Shown here piece by piece: positions 38,209-50,103 of a stretch of DNA of 64,000 nt. Made by a program: the position numbers and the translations under genes. This DNA is from Fistulifera solaris (lineage: Eukaryota). Location of the stretch: positions 620,001-684,000 of the forward strand of contig AP026151.1 of NCBI GenBank assembly GCA_030295235.1, written 5' to 3'. Below the pieces are notes generated by a model. The model saw only the letters and a program-made list of their open reading frames with translations, had not been told where the DNA came from and searched no databases. How positions within the stretch are numbered: the stretch's first letter is position 1; each line of letters starts with the position of its first letter.

Positions 38209-39633
38209 TCATTCATTCTTAATTCCTTGACATACCAGTACAGAACGCCACATATTGCGGCGCAACAGATAATACAGGCGATCCGGTATGGAATGACAAG
38301 TCCTTAGTGCCGTAACTAGCAAATGCGAACGGATTCTCAGGTCTCTCGCACATAGCATCGCGTCCATTAGCATCGTAAAAACCGAAAAGACGGCAGATCG
38401 CCACTTGGCCAAATGCGGCTGTTTATCGCCATCGCGATAGTCGTTGAATTGAATGTCGATGGAACGATTGTTCTCCATCCACAGTCGAAAGGGTCTTCCT
38501 ATTTCGGGTGGACGGGTCGTCGGAGGATAGAAACAGATCTTCCGCAGATACATATGTTCGCGAAGCCGCGTTCAGAATCTTCATCGCCGGAAACTCCAAC
38601 GGCGAAATGTTGCTGTAGATGCCCAATACTTCCAAGCTGTGGCTGTGTTGTAGCACGGTCAGTAACGACTGTTCCAAGTCGCGGGCGATAATGCGCATTG
38701 AGATTTGCGCCAAATGGAGTTCTCTCAAGTTACAGTACGGCGAAGCGATCGCATTCAGCAGTTGACCCATATATTGACCGATGGTACGAGCTTCGTCCCG
38801 ATCCCAATTGCAAAACCGGGAGATTTCCAAACTGCGGGGTCGGAAGGATCCATTCCGAAGAGCCTGCAAGACGGGTGCTCTCCCCGCTCTGTCACACACA
38901 AAGAAGCGAACATCCACCACCAGGGCACGGACGTTCGCTTTCGCAATCAAAGGAGAAAGTTGTGGTGCGACTTCGGGTCAGACGAGATACAATCGTTCAA
39001 AAACAAGATGCTTCGCACGGCTGAAAAATTCCACCAGTTTTGCGACACAATTGCAACGTGGAAAATAGGCCGAAGGAAAGACTTCTTTTCCATTTTGACG
39101 TTCTAGCCAGTCCACGATAGCTTGACCTTGGTCCTCGAAATGACAGTCGTACAATTCGATTTCGAGCTTTCGATGAGACACCAGCTCAACCGATTGCTCG
39201 GAATTGACGGAAAGTTCACCGAAACTATACTTTCGCAGAGGATGATTGCATATGATGTGTCGCAATTGCTCCGGTGTAAGCATCAAGGAGCTTTTAGTGA
39301 ATACTGAGCTTCCTTGGATCTCCAACTGTTGCGGATCTGTATCGGGCAGAGAAAGAACACAGAAAGCCACCGAGCGTAATGACGCAATATCATCCACTTT
39401 ACCCACAAACTGCAACCCCGTGTCAAAGTCCTCGTTGCGGCGGCACCTCAAGCCGACGCATTCTCCTTCGGATATTTTGGTTTTTGAAGGTGCAACATAA
39501 ACACCCGTATCTTCGATATAAAGACGTCAACTTTGTTTGCTTCCGTCCAAAAAACGTTAAGACTTTCGACGTCGTCTAAACTACTTAAGCAAAAGTGTCC
39601 TTCCTCTCGAAGGCGTTTAATCGAATAACTCAT
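38209..39633 (-). CDS. 'MTYTIKRLREEG' family paralog e (several frameshifts)
   Basis: ORF pieces 39448-39633, 38978-39451, 38423-38950 and 38209-38553 are colinear with the family. Confidence 0.7.
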
Positions 39634-39973
39634 GATGATTTCAATGATTAGAGAAGTAATAGTTCATTGAAATGAAAAAGGAGCTCATGTTTTTGCGGAT
39701 TGTGTTTTCGTGCATCTCGCATCGCATTTTTTCTTTTTGTCATTGCGGTGGGGGTTGGTATTCTACTACGTACTACAGACAGGAATATGTCGCAACGGCA
39801 TGTGATACTAGGGACACCAATAATTCTTTGTCGTGGTCTCTCTGGCCCAAAATGATGTGTTTTTGGAAAGTGATGCGATAAGACAAGGGGGATAAATGGT
39901 AGAGGCAACAAGTTATTACCTAAATTTACTAGTCCGATCTAACTCGGTCCGACAAACTTTCATCTGTACGCAT

Positions 39974-41425
39974 TCAAGAAACACAAGAGCCTAAGGTTTC
40001 TTTGGCGAAAACATCTTGATTCCCAGAGAGCAGATAATAGATCCTGTCAGGCATCCTATGCCAAGTTGCAAGCGCCGTACCGAGTAAATACGAGCGAATT
40101 CTTTCGTCTTCTACTTGTTTAAGGGCGTCGAACTCTCTCGTGAATATATCAAAAACGGCTTTTTGCCACTTCTGTCGCTGTACAATCCTGTCGGGCCAAC
40201 TGAAATCATCGAAGCGAATATCATGCGAGCGGTTTCTTTGCAGCCACACTTGGAACGGTTCGGATCGCCCGAGAATGGGTGGGTCACGCTTCGGCGGCGG
40301 ATAGAAACGAAGTGTTCGAAGACGCGGATGTTGTGCCGCAGCATTCAATATATTCATCTGGGGAAATACGAAAGGAGTCTCGTCACTGAACAAACCCAAA
40401 ACTTGAAGACTTGTGTTAGTTCGTAGCATATCCAACAAGTACATCGCAAAGAGTAGAGAAATGAGTGTCAAATCAAATTGTTTGAAATGAAGCTCTTTTA
40501 ACGAGCATTCAGGCGAAGACACTGCGTCAAGCAGTTTACGTAGAAATTTACCGATCGCGAGAACAGTGTCATTGTCGTATTCATATTTCCCATCAAGAAA
40601 GCTCACTTCGAGATTTTGCGGACGGAAAGTTCCATAACGGAGCGCTTTGAGGAGTGGTTCTCTCCAGTCCTTGTCGAAAAGGAAGAAATGAATATCGACA
40701 ACAAGGGTGTTCACGCTTGCTGCGGCAATAAGAGGAGAGAGTCGTGATGGCATATCTTGTCCGTTGAAGTAAAGGCGATCAAACACGGGGTACATGGCGC
40801 GATTCAGAAATTTGAGTATCCTTTCATTACAGTTGCAACCAGGAAAGCAACAAGCTTCCAAAATCTCCGTTTCTCTTCTTGTATTTTCCAGCCAGTAAAT
40901 TATTGCTTGACCTTCGTCATCGAATTGACAGTGGTACAGATTGACATCAAACTTTCGATGTGAAACAAGTTCAACAGATTGGTCAGGACTTATTGAAAAA
41001 CAATGGAAAGAATATGACCTCGATGGATAAGCACAGATGATGTGTCGAAGTTGCTCGGGCGTGAAAATCAATCTGTTTCGGGGGCTCGAATAATAGTCGT
41101 CTCCTATCTGCAGTTTGTGGGAGTCAATCTCCGGAAGACTAAGTACACGGAATACCACTGATCGAAGCGAATCGATGTCACCGCGTTCGGCAGCAAAAAC
41201 TAATGAGCGCGTCGTAGAATCACAACCACGGGAACACCTCACAAAACTGTATTCTTCCTGCATAATTTTAGTTTTTTCCGGTGCAACGAAAACACCCGTA
41301 TCCTCGATACAAAGACGCTCAACTTTGTTAGCTTCCGCCCAGAAGACGTCGAGACTTTCGACGCTATCCAGATCACGCAAGCAGAAGTGCCCTTCCTCTC
41401 GAAGGCGTTTGATCGAATAAGTCAT
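39974..41425 (-). CDS. 'MTYTIKRLREEG' family paralog f (intact)
   Basis: Uninterrupted ORF from MTYSIKRLREEGHFCL to PDRIYYLLSGNQD. Confidence 0.85.
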   Translation of the reverse strand: MTYSIKRLREEGHFCLRDLDSVESLDVFWAEANKVERLCIEDTGVFVAPEKTKIMQEEYSFVRCSRGCDSTTRSLVFAAERGDIDSLRSVVFRVLSLPEIDSHKLQIGDDYYSSPRNRLIFTPEQLRHIICAYPSRSYSFHCFSISPDQSVELVSHRKFDVNLYHCQFDDEGQAIIYWLENTRRETEILEACCFPGCNCNERILKFLNRAMYPVFDRLYFNGQDMPSRLSPLIAAASVNTLVVDIHFFLFDKDWREPLLKALRYGTFRPQNLEVSFLDGKYEYDNDTVLAIGKFLRKLLDAVSSPECSLKELHFKQFDLTLISLLFAMYLLDMLRTNTSLQVLGLFSDETPFVFPQMNILNAAAQHPRLRTLRFYPPPKRDPPILGRSEPFQVWLQRNRSHDIRFDDFSWPDRIVQRQKWQKAVFDIFTREFDALKQVEDERIRSYLLGTALATWHRMPDRIYYLLSGNQDVFAKETLGSCVS

Positions 41426-41744
41426 GGTGCTAAATGTCAATTTTAATGGTTGACGGAGAAAGGGATAATCACTTCGAGCATGGTGATAATAAGCTCTCGC
41501 GCGTCGTCGTATCGTGTATCGTGTTGCTGCAAAGGGCGTTAAAATTCTTCCTCCGTATTTCCATGGCAATAAATATTTTCGTGTGGGTTCAGAATAACGC
41601 AGTCCTGGGTCGTGGGTCCCGGGTAAAACTAACGCGAGCTTTTGTGACCAGCAGCGGTTAAGGCGGGCCTAGGTGTCACAAACAATCCTGCCGCTTTAAC
41701 TGATTCAAAAAAATGTTTTACTTTTTCAATAAACACGTTGTTTG

Positions 41745-42138
41745 TGATGAAAATACTAACGTACTGTGGAATCGAACCACAGAGCCAACCCAATCACGTC
41801 GTATTTCTACCCCGATCCATGATATATAAGCCACTCTGATTGACGTCCAGACCCTCAATCTGACATCCTCCCTGGCCTTATACTATCATGATCGTACTGT
41901 TTTGCCCTTCAGCCTCCTCGCTTGAGACCGCTTCAAGCCCTGTTCTTTTATCCTCCCGGCTTCACAGGAGTCGGCAACAAACTCACTCCGCCAGGGTTCG
42001 AACCCTGCACGTTACCATGATGAAAATACTAACGTACTGTGGAATCGAACCACAGAGCCAACCCAATCACGTCGTATTTCTACCCCGATCCATGATATAT
42101 AAGCCACTCTGATTGACGTCCAGACCCTCAATCTGACA
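41745..42138 (-). mobile_element. TRIM (terminal-repeat retrotransposon in miniature), 394 bp
   Basis: Identical 121-bp direct repeats 41745-41865 and 42018-42138 with TG...CA ends; flanking TGTTTG duplication. On the minus strand, PBS-like TGGTAACGTGCAGGGTTCGAACC follows the 5' LTR and PPT AGGGAGGA precedes the 3' LTR. The 152-bp interior is non-coding. Confidence 0.88.
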
Positions 42139-42360
42139 TGTTTGTACGAATGCCAAGAACATCTCCAGATATGACTAGAAATGATTAACTCGAATTATCC
42201 AAGAAAGCCTCATACTCACTTGAGCGCCTCCAAGGGAAGCACCTAAGTTAGGGCCCACGATGGAAGCTATCGCAGCTTAAGAAATTTGTTGTTGTCATGT
42301 AATTTATGGTTATTAGTTGTGGCTATACTAGCTCTGCTTCTGAATCAAGAAAAATACGTT

Positions 42361-43790
42361 TCAACAATATCGAGCAAGCAAGTCCTGATTCCCGCACAAT
42401 AAATGGTAAACTCGATCCGGCTTCTGATGAAAATTCCCCAGGGTGGTCGCAAGTAAATGCGAGCGGATCCTTTCGTCTTCTACTTTCGTGATGGCATCAA
42501 AGTCTTTCATGATGATCGCGAACACGGCTTTCCGCCACTTCCGGAGACGACGCCTGTTGCTCAATTCTTCTTTGTCTATGAACTGAATGTCGTGCGATCG
42601 GTTCTTCTGCGCCCACATTGGAAAAGGACCCGTTTGCCCGGGCTTCGGTGGGTTCCGCGTTGGGGGATAGAAACAAAGCTTCCGAAGGCGCGGATGTGCA
42701 GCGGCAGCATTCAAAATGCTCATTTGCGGAAACTGCAGACGAGAAACAGTGCTATAAACACCCAGTACTCGAAGACTTTTGTTTTTCTGCAACATCTCCA
42801 CTACGTTCTTTTTCAAATCGAGTGCAATGTCTGTTAAATTGAAAGCCCTCAGATGAAGCTCTTTCAGAGAACAGTCAGGCGACGAAAGAGCCTCGAGAAA
42901 ACCAGCCATGAACTCGCGGACCTCATCTATCTCTGTCGCTCTAAATGAATGATTGCCGGGAGCGAACGATATACTGAGGCTTCTCGGACGGAACGTTCCA
43001 TCTCGAAAAGCGCAAAGTAGCGGAGCCCTCTCATGCCTATAATCTTTGATGAAGAAGTCAATACTCGTCATGACTGTCATGACGTTTGCTGTAGCAACGA
43101 GCTGAGTAAGTCGAGATCCGATATCCTGTCCTCTCAGATAAAGCTTATCAAAGACAGGATACATGGAGCGGCCCAAAAACTTCAAAATATTTTCATGGCA
43201 ATCACAGCCATGCAAACAATAATACTTCAGAATGTCCGATTGCTCTCTGCCATTCTCCAGCCAATCAACTATCGCTCGACCTTTGTCCTCAAACTGACAC
43301 GAGTCGACATTGATTTCAAACTTTCGATGGGAAAACAGCTCCACAGATTGCTCGGCAGTAAGTGACAAAAATTGAAAGATTACCGTCGCAATGGAAAGGC
43401 ACAAATGATATGCCGCAGCTGCTCAGGAGTAAATATCAAACGATTTCTTTTGCTTAAAATGAATTTTCCCAGTATCTTCAAGCCTTGGGCATTATTTGTC
43501 TCTGGAAGACAAAAGACGCGGAAAGCCACGGAGCGAAGCGTCTCGATGTCACCACGTTTTCCCACAAATGCAATGCGCGTATTGTAATCATCGCCTCGGA
43601 AACACGAAAAGCAGGTTTGTTTGTCTAAGGCTTCGAAAAGATCAGGCGCAACGAATACATTCGTATCTTCAATATAAAGCCGCGCAACCTTTTTGACCTC
43701 CGCCCAAAAGACGTCAATATTTTCGACGGCATCCAAATTACTCAAACAAAAGTGCCCTTCCTCTCGGAGGCGCTTTATTGAATAAGTCAT
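42361..43790 (-). CDS. 'MTYTIKRLREEG' family paralog g (frameshift ~43390)
   Basis: ORFs 43380-43790 and 42361-43404 together give the full family protein. Confidence 0.8.
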
Positions 43791-44154
43791 GTTCTTTCTG
43801 TCGACGAAGACAACCGAGAAGTTTTGGCACGGATCATCGAATGAGCAATGACAACGAGCACGTCCATTCGAATGACACCGCAGTTTTCGCGTTATTCGTT
43901 TTGTTGCGTTTGTTGTGAAAGTGCGAGACGATGAAGCGGGAACCGGAATCTGTTTTCTACATAGGTTATATGATCGCTACGGTACTCAACATTGTAAGAA
44001 AAACTAAGGTTGCTACTACGTATACTTAACGCTAGCTCTCTAGTAAAATTGACTTTAAAACATTTGAACCGCAAAGTAAATAACGAGATCTTACGGTCCA
44101 GGTAAAGCTAATTAGATCTATCTGTAGAGAGAGTAACCAAAAACCATTCTGAAA

Positions 44155-45605
44155 TTATCTTGCGTAAGCATCCTGATTTGCGGTCAAAAGATAGTAAACC
44201 CGATCTGGCATCTGGCAAAAGTAGCTAGTGCCGTTACAAGCAAATGCGAACGAATCCTTTCGTCTTCCACTTGTTTCAGCACATCAAACTCCCGCGAAAA
44301 CACGGAAAAGAAGGCTTTCTGCCACTTCGAGAGATGGGGCTTTTTGTCTGGATGACCGAAATCTTTGAAATGTATGTTGTGCGCACGGTTTTTCTGCGCC
44401 CATAACTGAAAAGGCTCGTCTTGTCCTACTTCTGGCGGGTCATAAGAAGTAGGTGGATAGAAACAAATCTTCCGAAGGCGCGGGTGTTTGGCTGCAGCCT
44501 TCAAGATTCTCATTTGCGGAAATACCAACGGAGCGACTTCGCTATAAATACCCAATACCCGAAGACTCCTGTTATTCTGCATCATATAGAGCAAGTAGCT
44601 TTCCATGGTGCGTGATATATTCGTGTAATCATCATCAATATGTTTCAGATGAAGCTCTTTCACCGAACAATCGGGAGACGATATTGCTTCAAAGAACTTG
44701 GATAAAAACTTGCTGATCAGACGAAGGTCGTCCTCATCAAAGCCAAATAAGTCATTGGAAGAAAAATTTACTTCAAGGTTCCGTGGACGGAATGTTCCAT
44801 TCTGAAGAGCTTTGAGCAGAGGTGCTCTCCAACCTTCGTTACAGAGAAAAAACTTGATATCCACCATCAGCGTGTTGACGTTAGCTGCCGCAATTAACGG
44901 AGATAACGAAGATTTTGATTCGACATCTTTTCCGGTGAGATAAAGCTTATTAAAGACGGGGTACAATGAGCGACTCAAAAAGGTGAAAAGTTTTTCGACG
45001 CAATCGCATTGAGGAAAATAGCACGAGTCAATAATTTCCTTTTCGTTCCTATCTTCTAGCCAATCCACAATTGCTTGCCCTTTGTCATCGAACTGACACC
45101 AGTTTACTCCAATCGCAAACTTTCGATGAGATACAATCTCCACAGATTGCGCTCCAGTGAGTGAGAAGCGACTGAAAGTGTATTGCCGCGATGGATGGGC
45201 ACATATGATATGCCGTAATTGCTCTGTCGTGAAAAATAACTGCTTGTATCTGTCGCCGGGTTTGCTTGGAAGATAATCGATTCCGTCTAATTTCATACTT
45301 TGAGGATTTGTCTCTGGAAGACAAAGTATGCGGAATGCGACGGATCGGAGCGAATCGATATCAGTAGGCTTACTTACAAACACTAAACGCGTTTTATAGT
45401 TATTGTCACGGCGACATGCCAAGCCTTCAAACTCTCCCTCTGATCTTTTGGTTTTTGTAGGCGCAACATATACATTCGTATCTTCGATGTAAAGACGCGC
45501 AACTTTGGTGGCTTCCGCCCAAAAGACGTCGAGACTTTCGACGGCGTCTAAACTACTCAGGCAAAAGTGGCCTTCCTCTCGAAGGCGTTTGATTGTATAA
45601 GTCAT
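44155..45605 (-). CDS. 'MTYTIKRLREEG' family paralog h (1-nt frameshift near the C-terminus)
   Basis: 473-aa ORF; the alternative frame supplies QMPDRVYYLLTANQDAYAR*. Confidence 0.85.
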
Positions 45606-45700
45606 GTTTTTTTATATTCTTTGTTCCTCGACGATGGGACAGACTAAATTGCATTGCATGAAGGATTTCAAGTTTTGAGGTCTTCTCATTGCGTTGCCTG

Positions 45701-45778
45701 GGATCGACGTTAAAATTCTGCCTTGCCGTAGGCTCTACGTAGAAACTTGTACTGAGAGGCAGAATTTTAACGTCCTTC
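45701..45778. mobile_element. 78-bp hairpin/mini-MITE, copy 2 (TSD CTG)
   Basis: Same IR and loop as 9298-9375; CTG at 45698-45700 and 45779-45781. Confidence 0.78.
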
Positions 45779-46021
45779 CTGTCATCGCACTTTCATTTTT
45801 TTATTGTGGCAGCAATGACAAAACCATCTCGAAAGGTCTTCAGGTTAGCGTTCTACATTTCCTCCCGGAAAAAATATTGGCACTTCTATAGACCCTAGAC
45901 TACTGTAGTAGAAAGGCGCATAAAACAGGTTCATTTACACATTAGCTGATTCGTGGGTGGCAAGATCGCTTCGTCGAACTCGCTATCAACCACAGAGCTA
46001 GCTACGAAGTAGCTAAGTAGC

Positions 46022-47128
46022 CTAAGTAGGTTTCGGTCCTACCCGAGATATTTCCGTGTCCCGTACTACAACCTTTAACAACGGTGGACCCGATGTTTGA
46101 CCCGGTATCACACCTCGGATGCCCCTTTTGGTGGGCAACGTCGCGAGTCGTTCCAGAAAAGCCATCGACGAAGCATCCAAAACTTGTCCAATCACGCGAC
46201 GGTTCTTATCCAGAGACGGCACGGGCCCCGCAGTAATTAGGAAAGTACTCTCGTACGCTTCATCGACTTGTTCAAAACCGGTTCCACCGTGTCCTAAACC
46301 TTTGCGTGGGACAGATACAAGACCTGCAACGTTGTGCGGGCGTATGGTTTCGGCGTCGTTTGCCACCATCGTCGGGTCCGCTCGATTTTGCGGCACAAAG
46401 TTGTCAATGCGTGAGAGGTTGCGGGATCGTCCATAGGCCACCGATTGACTCGGGACACCGAAACTAACAGTAATGCCCGGTACAATGGAATCAATGACAC
46501 CTCCGCGTTTCAACGAAACGGGGGCGGTGACACTGCCGATGGGATCGTTATTGGAGGGAACAGAAAAGCCTTCACTGGACAAAAATTCCAAAAATTGTTG
46601 TACACTGGCAGGTGCATCATTGCCATACAGCCCCAATCGCAAAATTCCTACTTCCCCCCGACCAATTTCAATTTGCAAAGCCGCCACATAAGTAATGTCG
46701 GAAGCGGGTGTCGGCACCGGTTGTCCTCGCAGCGGTTCGTCCCGTAGTTTGCCGTCCGTACCACACAAAGGATCCGACGGATCGCATCGGTCTTTGCCGC
46801 CCCAGTTCCAGCCGACCGCACCGTCCCATTCACCCACTTCCAAACAATTTCCGGCCTTGCGACAGGTCGATTCGCCACTACCGACGGCTTGCACGACAGC
46901 AGCGTTGGCCCATTGTGAAGGTACAAGGACGGAGACGACGGAGGAAGTGATTAGTTGCTGCATTATTTGACGGCGAGACGTGATTTCATTCATATTGGTG
47001 CCATCGGCATGTGCATGCCGACGACATTGAAAATGTCGAGAGACCGATCGAGGTGACTGGTTGGTCCATGCGTGACATGATGCTATTGAAGAGAGAAGAA
47101 AAAGCGCAACCTTAACCAATCTTCTCAT
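46022..47128 (-). CDS. Cyclophilin-like PPIase, probably thylakoid-lumen targeted
   Basis: Signal peptide CHA-W, twin-Arg SRRQ...ANA lumen signal; cyclophilin-like LRLGLYGNDAPASVQQF, HNVAGLVSV, FLIT....SLD...VIGQVL. Confidence 0.8.
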   Translation of the reverse strand: MRRLVKVALFLLSSIASCHAWTNQSPRSVSRHFQCRRHAHADGTNMNEITSRRQIMQQLITSSVVSVLVPSQWANAAVVQAVGSGESTCRKAGNCLEVGEWDGAVGWNWGGKDRCDPSDPLCGTDGKLRDEPLRGQPVPTPASDITYVAALQIEIGRGEVGILRLGLYGNDAPASVQQFLEFLSSEGFSVPSNNDPIGSVTAPVSLKRGGVIDSIVPGITVSFGVPSQSVAYGRSRNLSRIDNFVPQNRADPTMVANDAETIRPHNVAGLVSVPRKGLGHGGTGFEQVDEAYESTFLITAGPVPSLDKNRRVIGQVLDASSMAFLERLATLPTKRGIRGVIPGQTSGPPLLKVVVRDTEISRVGPKPT

Positions 47129-47382
47129 TTTTGAGAAATATAGTATTCAAACTCGTTGAATTTCGTCGATTCTAGACAAGAATCATTATCATTTCGACAA
47201 CAATGAATAAAATAATGAAATGCGAAGTTGAGGTTTATGCCGATCTTATTTTATTGCGAATGCGTACAGTTTTTAAAAGCAGTTTTGTACCAGTCGTACG
47301 TAGCATATACGTAATACACCAAAGGAGATAGTCGCGTTGCCGCTAAGACAGCATCAAAAGTCCGCAGCAGCAGCGCCTCTTC

Positions 47383-47866
47383 CATGAGTAAATGGTAAAC
47401 CCTGGGGTGAAGATAAGTCCGTCTTCGCCCGTCTCCTTTTGACACCTCTTTTTCAACGTTTGGCCGTCGTCAGAGTCTTTCGCGCTGCTCGAAAAAATTG
47501 CAGCGAAACTTCACCGTGTAACAACACGGCATAATGCTGATCTTAGTTTGGTTACCTTAATTTGAAAGTATGGTCCTGCCATTAGCCGTCGACGCAAATC
47601 GTTTCAAAATAAATAATTTAATCATTTTGCAGCGACGGCTAATGGCAGGACCATACTTTGAAAATGGTGTTGGCATGCAAAGTTCGATCATTTTGTCGTG
47701 ATAATTATACGGTGAAAATTTTTCACGGCTCGATTTTCGAATGTCGCACCTGACAAAATTCAAAATGGGGGACACCAATGCTGACATGCGCACAAGCGCG
47801 GTGTATCACGTAAAAAACGGTTGAGAACAGACACATCTTCACCCCAGGGTTTACCATTTACTCATG
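47383..47866. mobile_element. MITE with 32-bp perfect TIR, P-element-like (7-bp TSD CCTCTTC; alternatively 9-bp TSD GCCTCTTCC with ends trimmed by 1 nt)
   Basis: CATGAGTAAATGGTAAACCCTGGGGTGAAGAT at 47383-47414 and reverse complement at 47835-47866. Empty site with a single GCCTCTTCC at ~32640-32648 (minus strand). Confidence 0.9.
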
Positions 47867-47937
47867 CCTCTTCCCTCTCTCGCACAGAAACACCCCTTTG
47901 CCGATATATTTACTGTTTCATCAATCCTGAACCAAAC

Positions 47938-48705
47938 ATGAAAGTTTCTTGCCGTTTAAGCTATCTTCGACGTAACAAAAGTCATCATAAGACAATTGAG
48001 AAGCGTCGACAAACGATGCGTCCTTTCCGCAAGCTGTGGGCTTCAATCCGTTCTCGCCGCGACGCCGGAGATGATGTTGTATCGCTTGACCGTGAAGCTG
48101 CTGCTCCGGAGCGTGTTTCTCGCGATCCTTATCGTATCATTGTCTGGGATATCGATGATTCTCGTCCTTTTAGTGAGGAGATGCTGTCACAGGCCCCGGA
48201 ATATGACTATCTGGCAGCAGAAGGTCGCGCGAGCGCTGCTGCGGTCCCCGGTCGACAAGCGTTGCGTTTCGCTTGTGATTATGACGCCGCTCTTGACGGC
48301 TTTTTCAGTCCTCCAACTCGTCTTGTCACTTTTGCTGAAGATGTGACTGTTGTTCCCATTCAAAGCCGTCAGTCGTTGACGGAAGACGAGAAGCGCTCTT
48401 TGTATGGCGTCAAGAGTACGAAGAAGGAGAAGAGCCTAAAGGAGCAGCACTTTGAAGACAGCAAGCACTGCATTGAAAATGCAATTGAGGAAGAGATGTT
48501 CTTTCCAAATCACGAGGGCAAGTTGGTCCATCCTGTCCATTTTCGTTCGTTTGTGCGTGAAATCCTTCCAACCCTTCCTCGCGACATGGATGTACCTGGT
48601 TTCTTGTCCTTTGAAGAATATTACAGCCTCCTGGAATATCATGCGCGTAAATACAATACCTCCATTGCCGAAGAAATGATCCAAGATGATCCCGTCGAAG
48701 TTTGA
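47938..48705 (+). CDS. RVxF-motif family protein 'MKVSCRL', right-arm copy
   Basis: Intact ORF from ATG 47938; RLVTFA, DEKRSLY, GKLVHPVHF. Confidence 0.8.
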   Translation: MKVSCRLSYLRRNKSHHKTIEKRRQTMRPFRKLWASIRSRRDAGDDVVSLDREAAAPERVSRDPYRIIVWDIDDSRPFSEEMLSQAPEYDYLAAEGRASAAAVPGRQALRFACDYDAALDGFFSPPTRLVTFAEDVTVVPIQSRQSLTEDEKRSLYGVKSTKKEKSLKEQHFEDSKHCIENAIEEEMFFPNHEGKLVHPVHFRSFVREILPTLPRDMDVPGFLSFEEYYSLLEYHARKYNTSIAEEMIQDDPVEV

Positions 48706-49317
48706 CGAGCTGAAGTCGTAGTGTTTGCTCGCTGTGTTTGTTGTGTTTTGCAAATCAGTCGTCCTCGCCTTTGTTTCGTTGTCGTTTCCGTAGCACAAAG
48801 GTCTCCGCGGAGACTTAGCAATTCATCCTTTCTAATCATTTATAATCTTATCATTATTTGTTGGTCATGTATGTATAATAAGTTATCATTCTGCTTTCTC
48901 GATGTTTACGACGCTCCTTCTTCTTGCACGAGCCTGTTATACATCTTGCCATGATGTTGCTTTAGAATGTGATCGCCTAACTTATGTACCTGGCATCCAC
49001 CTACCTGGTACATGTACCTGGTATCTCTTTCGGTGAACTCTTTACGTGGTAATTTGTATTCACGGACTAATAGTTCTTGACAAACCATCATCAACTAGAA
49101 CGAGAGCACTTTAGTTCTGTTGTTATTGTACTGTACCAAGATGCTGTAGTAAGAAGAAGTCGGAGGTGACCACTCCAATCATTAGGTACGATATTGTTAC
49201 AGATCGCATCGGTACCGAGACGTCCGTCCATCAACATGTCGGTCCGCAGCAGCAGCGCAGCAGCACAAAAAAACCCGTTAACCAAAATCTTTATTGTTTC
49301 ATCAATTCTGAATCAAA

Positions 49318-50103
49318 ATGCGACTTTCTACCAAACGAGACTATCTTTCATGCTCCCAGAGCGACTTGGCGACGAGTGATTGCAAGCGACAGCGCACGGA
49401 AGGCCCTGTTCAGTCGTTGTTCGCTTCTCTGTGGTCACCTGTCGACGTTCGAGACGACAAGGATGATGATCTCCGCTTCCCCTCGGATTCCTTTCATTGT
49501 GAATCGATTCCTGATGATGAGATGTCGTTCATTCTGTCGTTTGCTGAATCGCGTGAAGAGATGCAGTCGTGGATTTGCGAGAACGAGAACGCCGCTTGGG
49601 CACAGAGCACTGTTCAAGCGCTGCTTTCGTTGAATGTCACCACGTCTCGTGGCTCTTCAGGATGTTCTTCTCTTCGTAATCACCGTGCGTCTCGCCGTGT
49701 ACAGTTTGCGCCTGGTTTCTACACTGTCACGGAGATTCCCCATCATAATTCGTTGACGGCCGATGAAAAGTGTTCTTTGTATCGTAACGGGCGCGCGTTG
49801 CAAGCAGAGAAGGATAAGATTTGCCTGGAGATCAAGTTTGAGCGTCGTTTACGTCTTTGCGGCGCCGCTGATGCGTTGGAAGAAGGGTGTTTCTTCCGCG
49901 ATCATCTTGGGGAGTTGGTCCATCCAGCACACTGGCTCGTGTATGTGAATGAAGTTCTTCCAAGTCTTCCCCTCGATACGCCCGTCGTTGGCTTTCTCTC
50001 ACTGAACGAATACAAACAAAGTGATGAATTTTCCAAGTATGAACAATACTTCGACAACTCCATGCGAAAGAAAGTCTTCCATCCTCGATCTCTTGATTCG
50101 TAA
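49318..50103 (+). CDS. RVxF-motif family protein 'MRLSTKRD', right-arm copy
   Basis: Intact 261-aa ORF. Confidence 0.8.
   Translation: MRLSTKRDYLSCSQSDLATSDCKRQRTEGPVQSLFASLWSPVDVRDDKDDDLRFPSDSFHCESIPDDEMSFILSFAESREEMQSWICENENAAWAQSTVQALLSLNVTTSRGSSGCSSLRNHRASRRVQFAPGFYTVTEIPHHNSLTADEKCSLYRNGRALQAEKDKICLEIKFERRLRLCGAADALEEGCFFRDHLGELVHPAHWLVYVNEVLPSLPLDTPVVGFLSLNEYKQSDEFSKYEQYFDNSMRKKVFHPRSLDS

Noticed and set aside
41985..42017. tRNA gene suggested by GGTTCGAACC...CCA
   Set aside because: Only the T-arm and 3' end are present, with no D or anticodon arm; it is positioned exactly as the PBS of the TRIM.
15406..47937. Long N-terminal extensions in the ORF track (starts 15406, 19989, 21940, 28661, 36924, 41569, 47821)
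   Set aside because: Paralog comparison or TE boundaries place the true starts elsewhere; some extensions begin inside MITEs or are artefacts of frameshifts.
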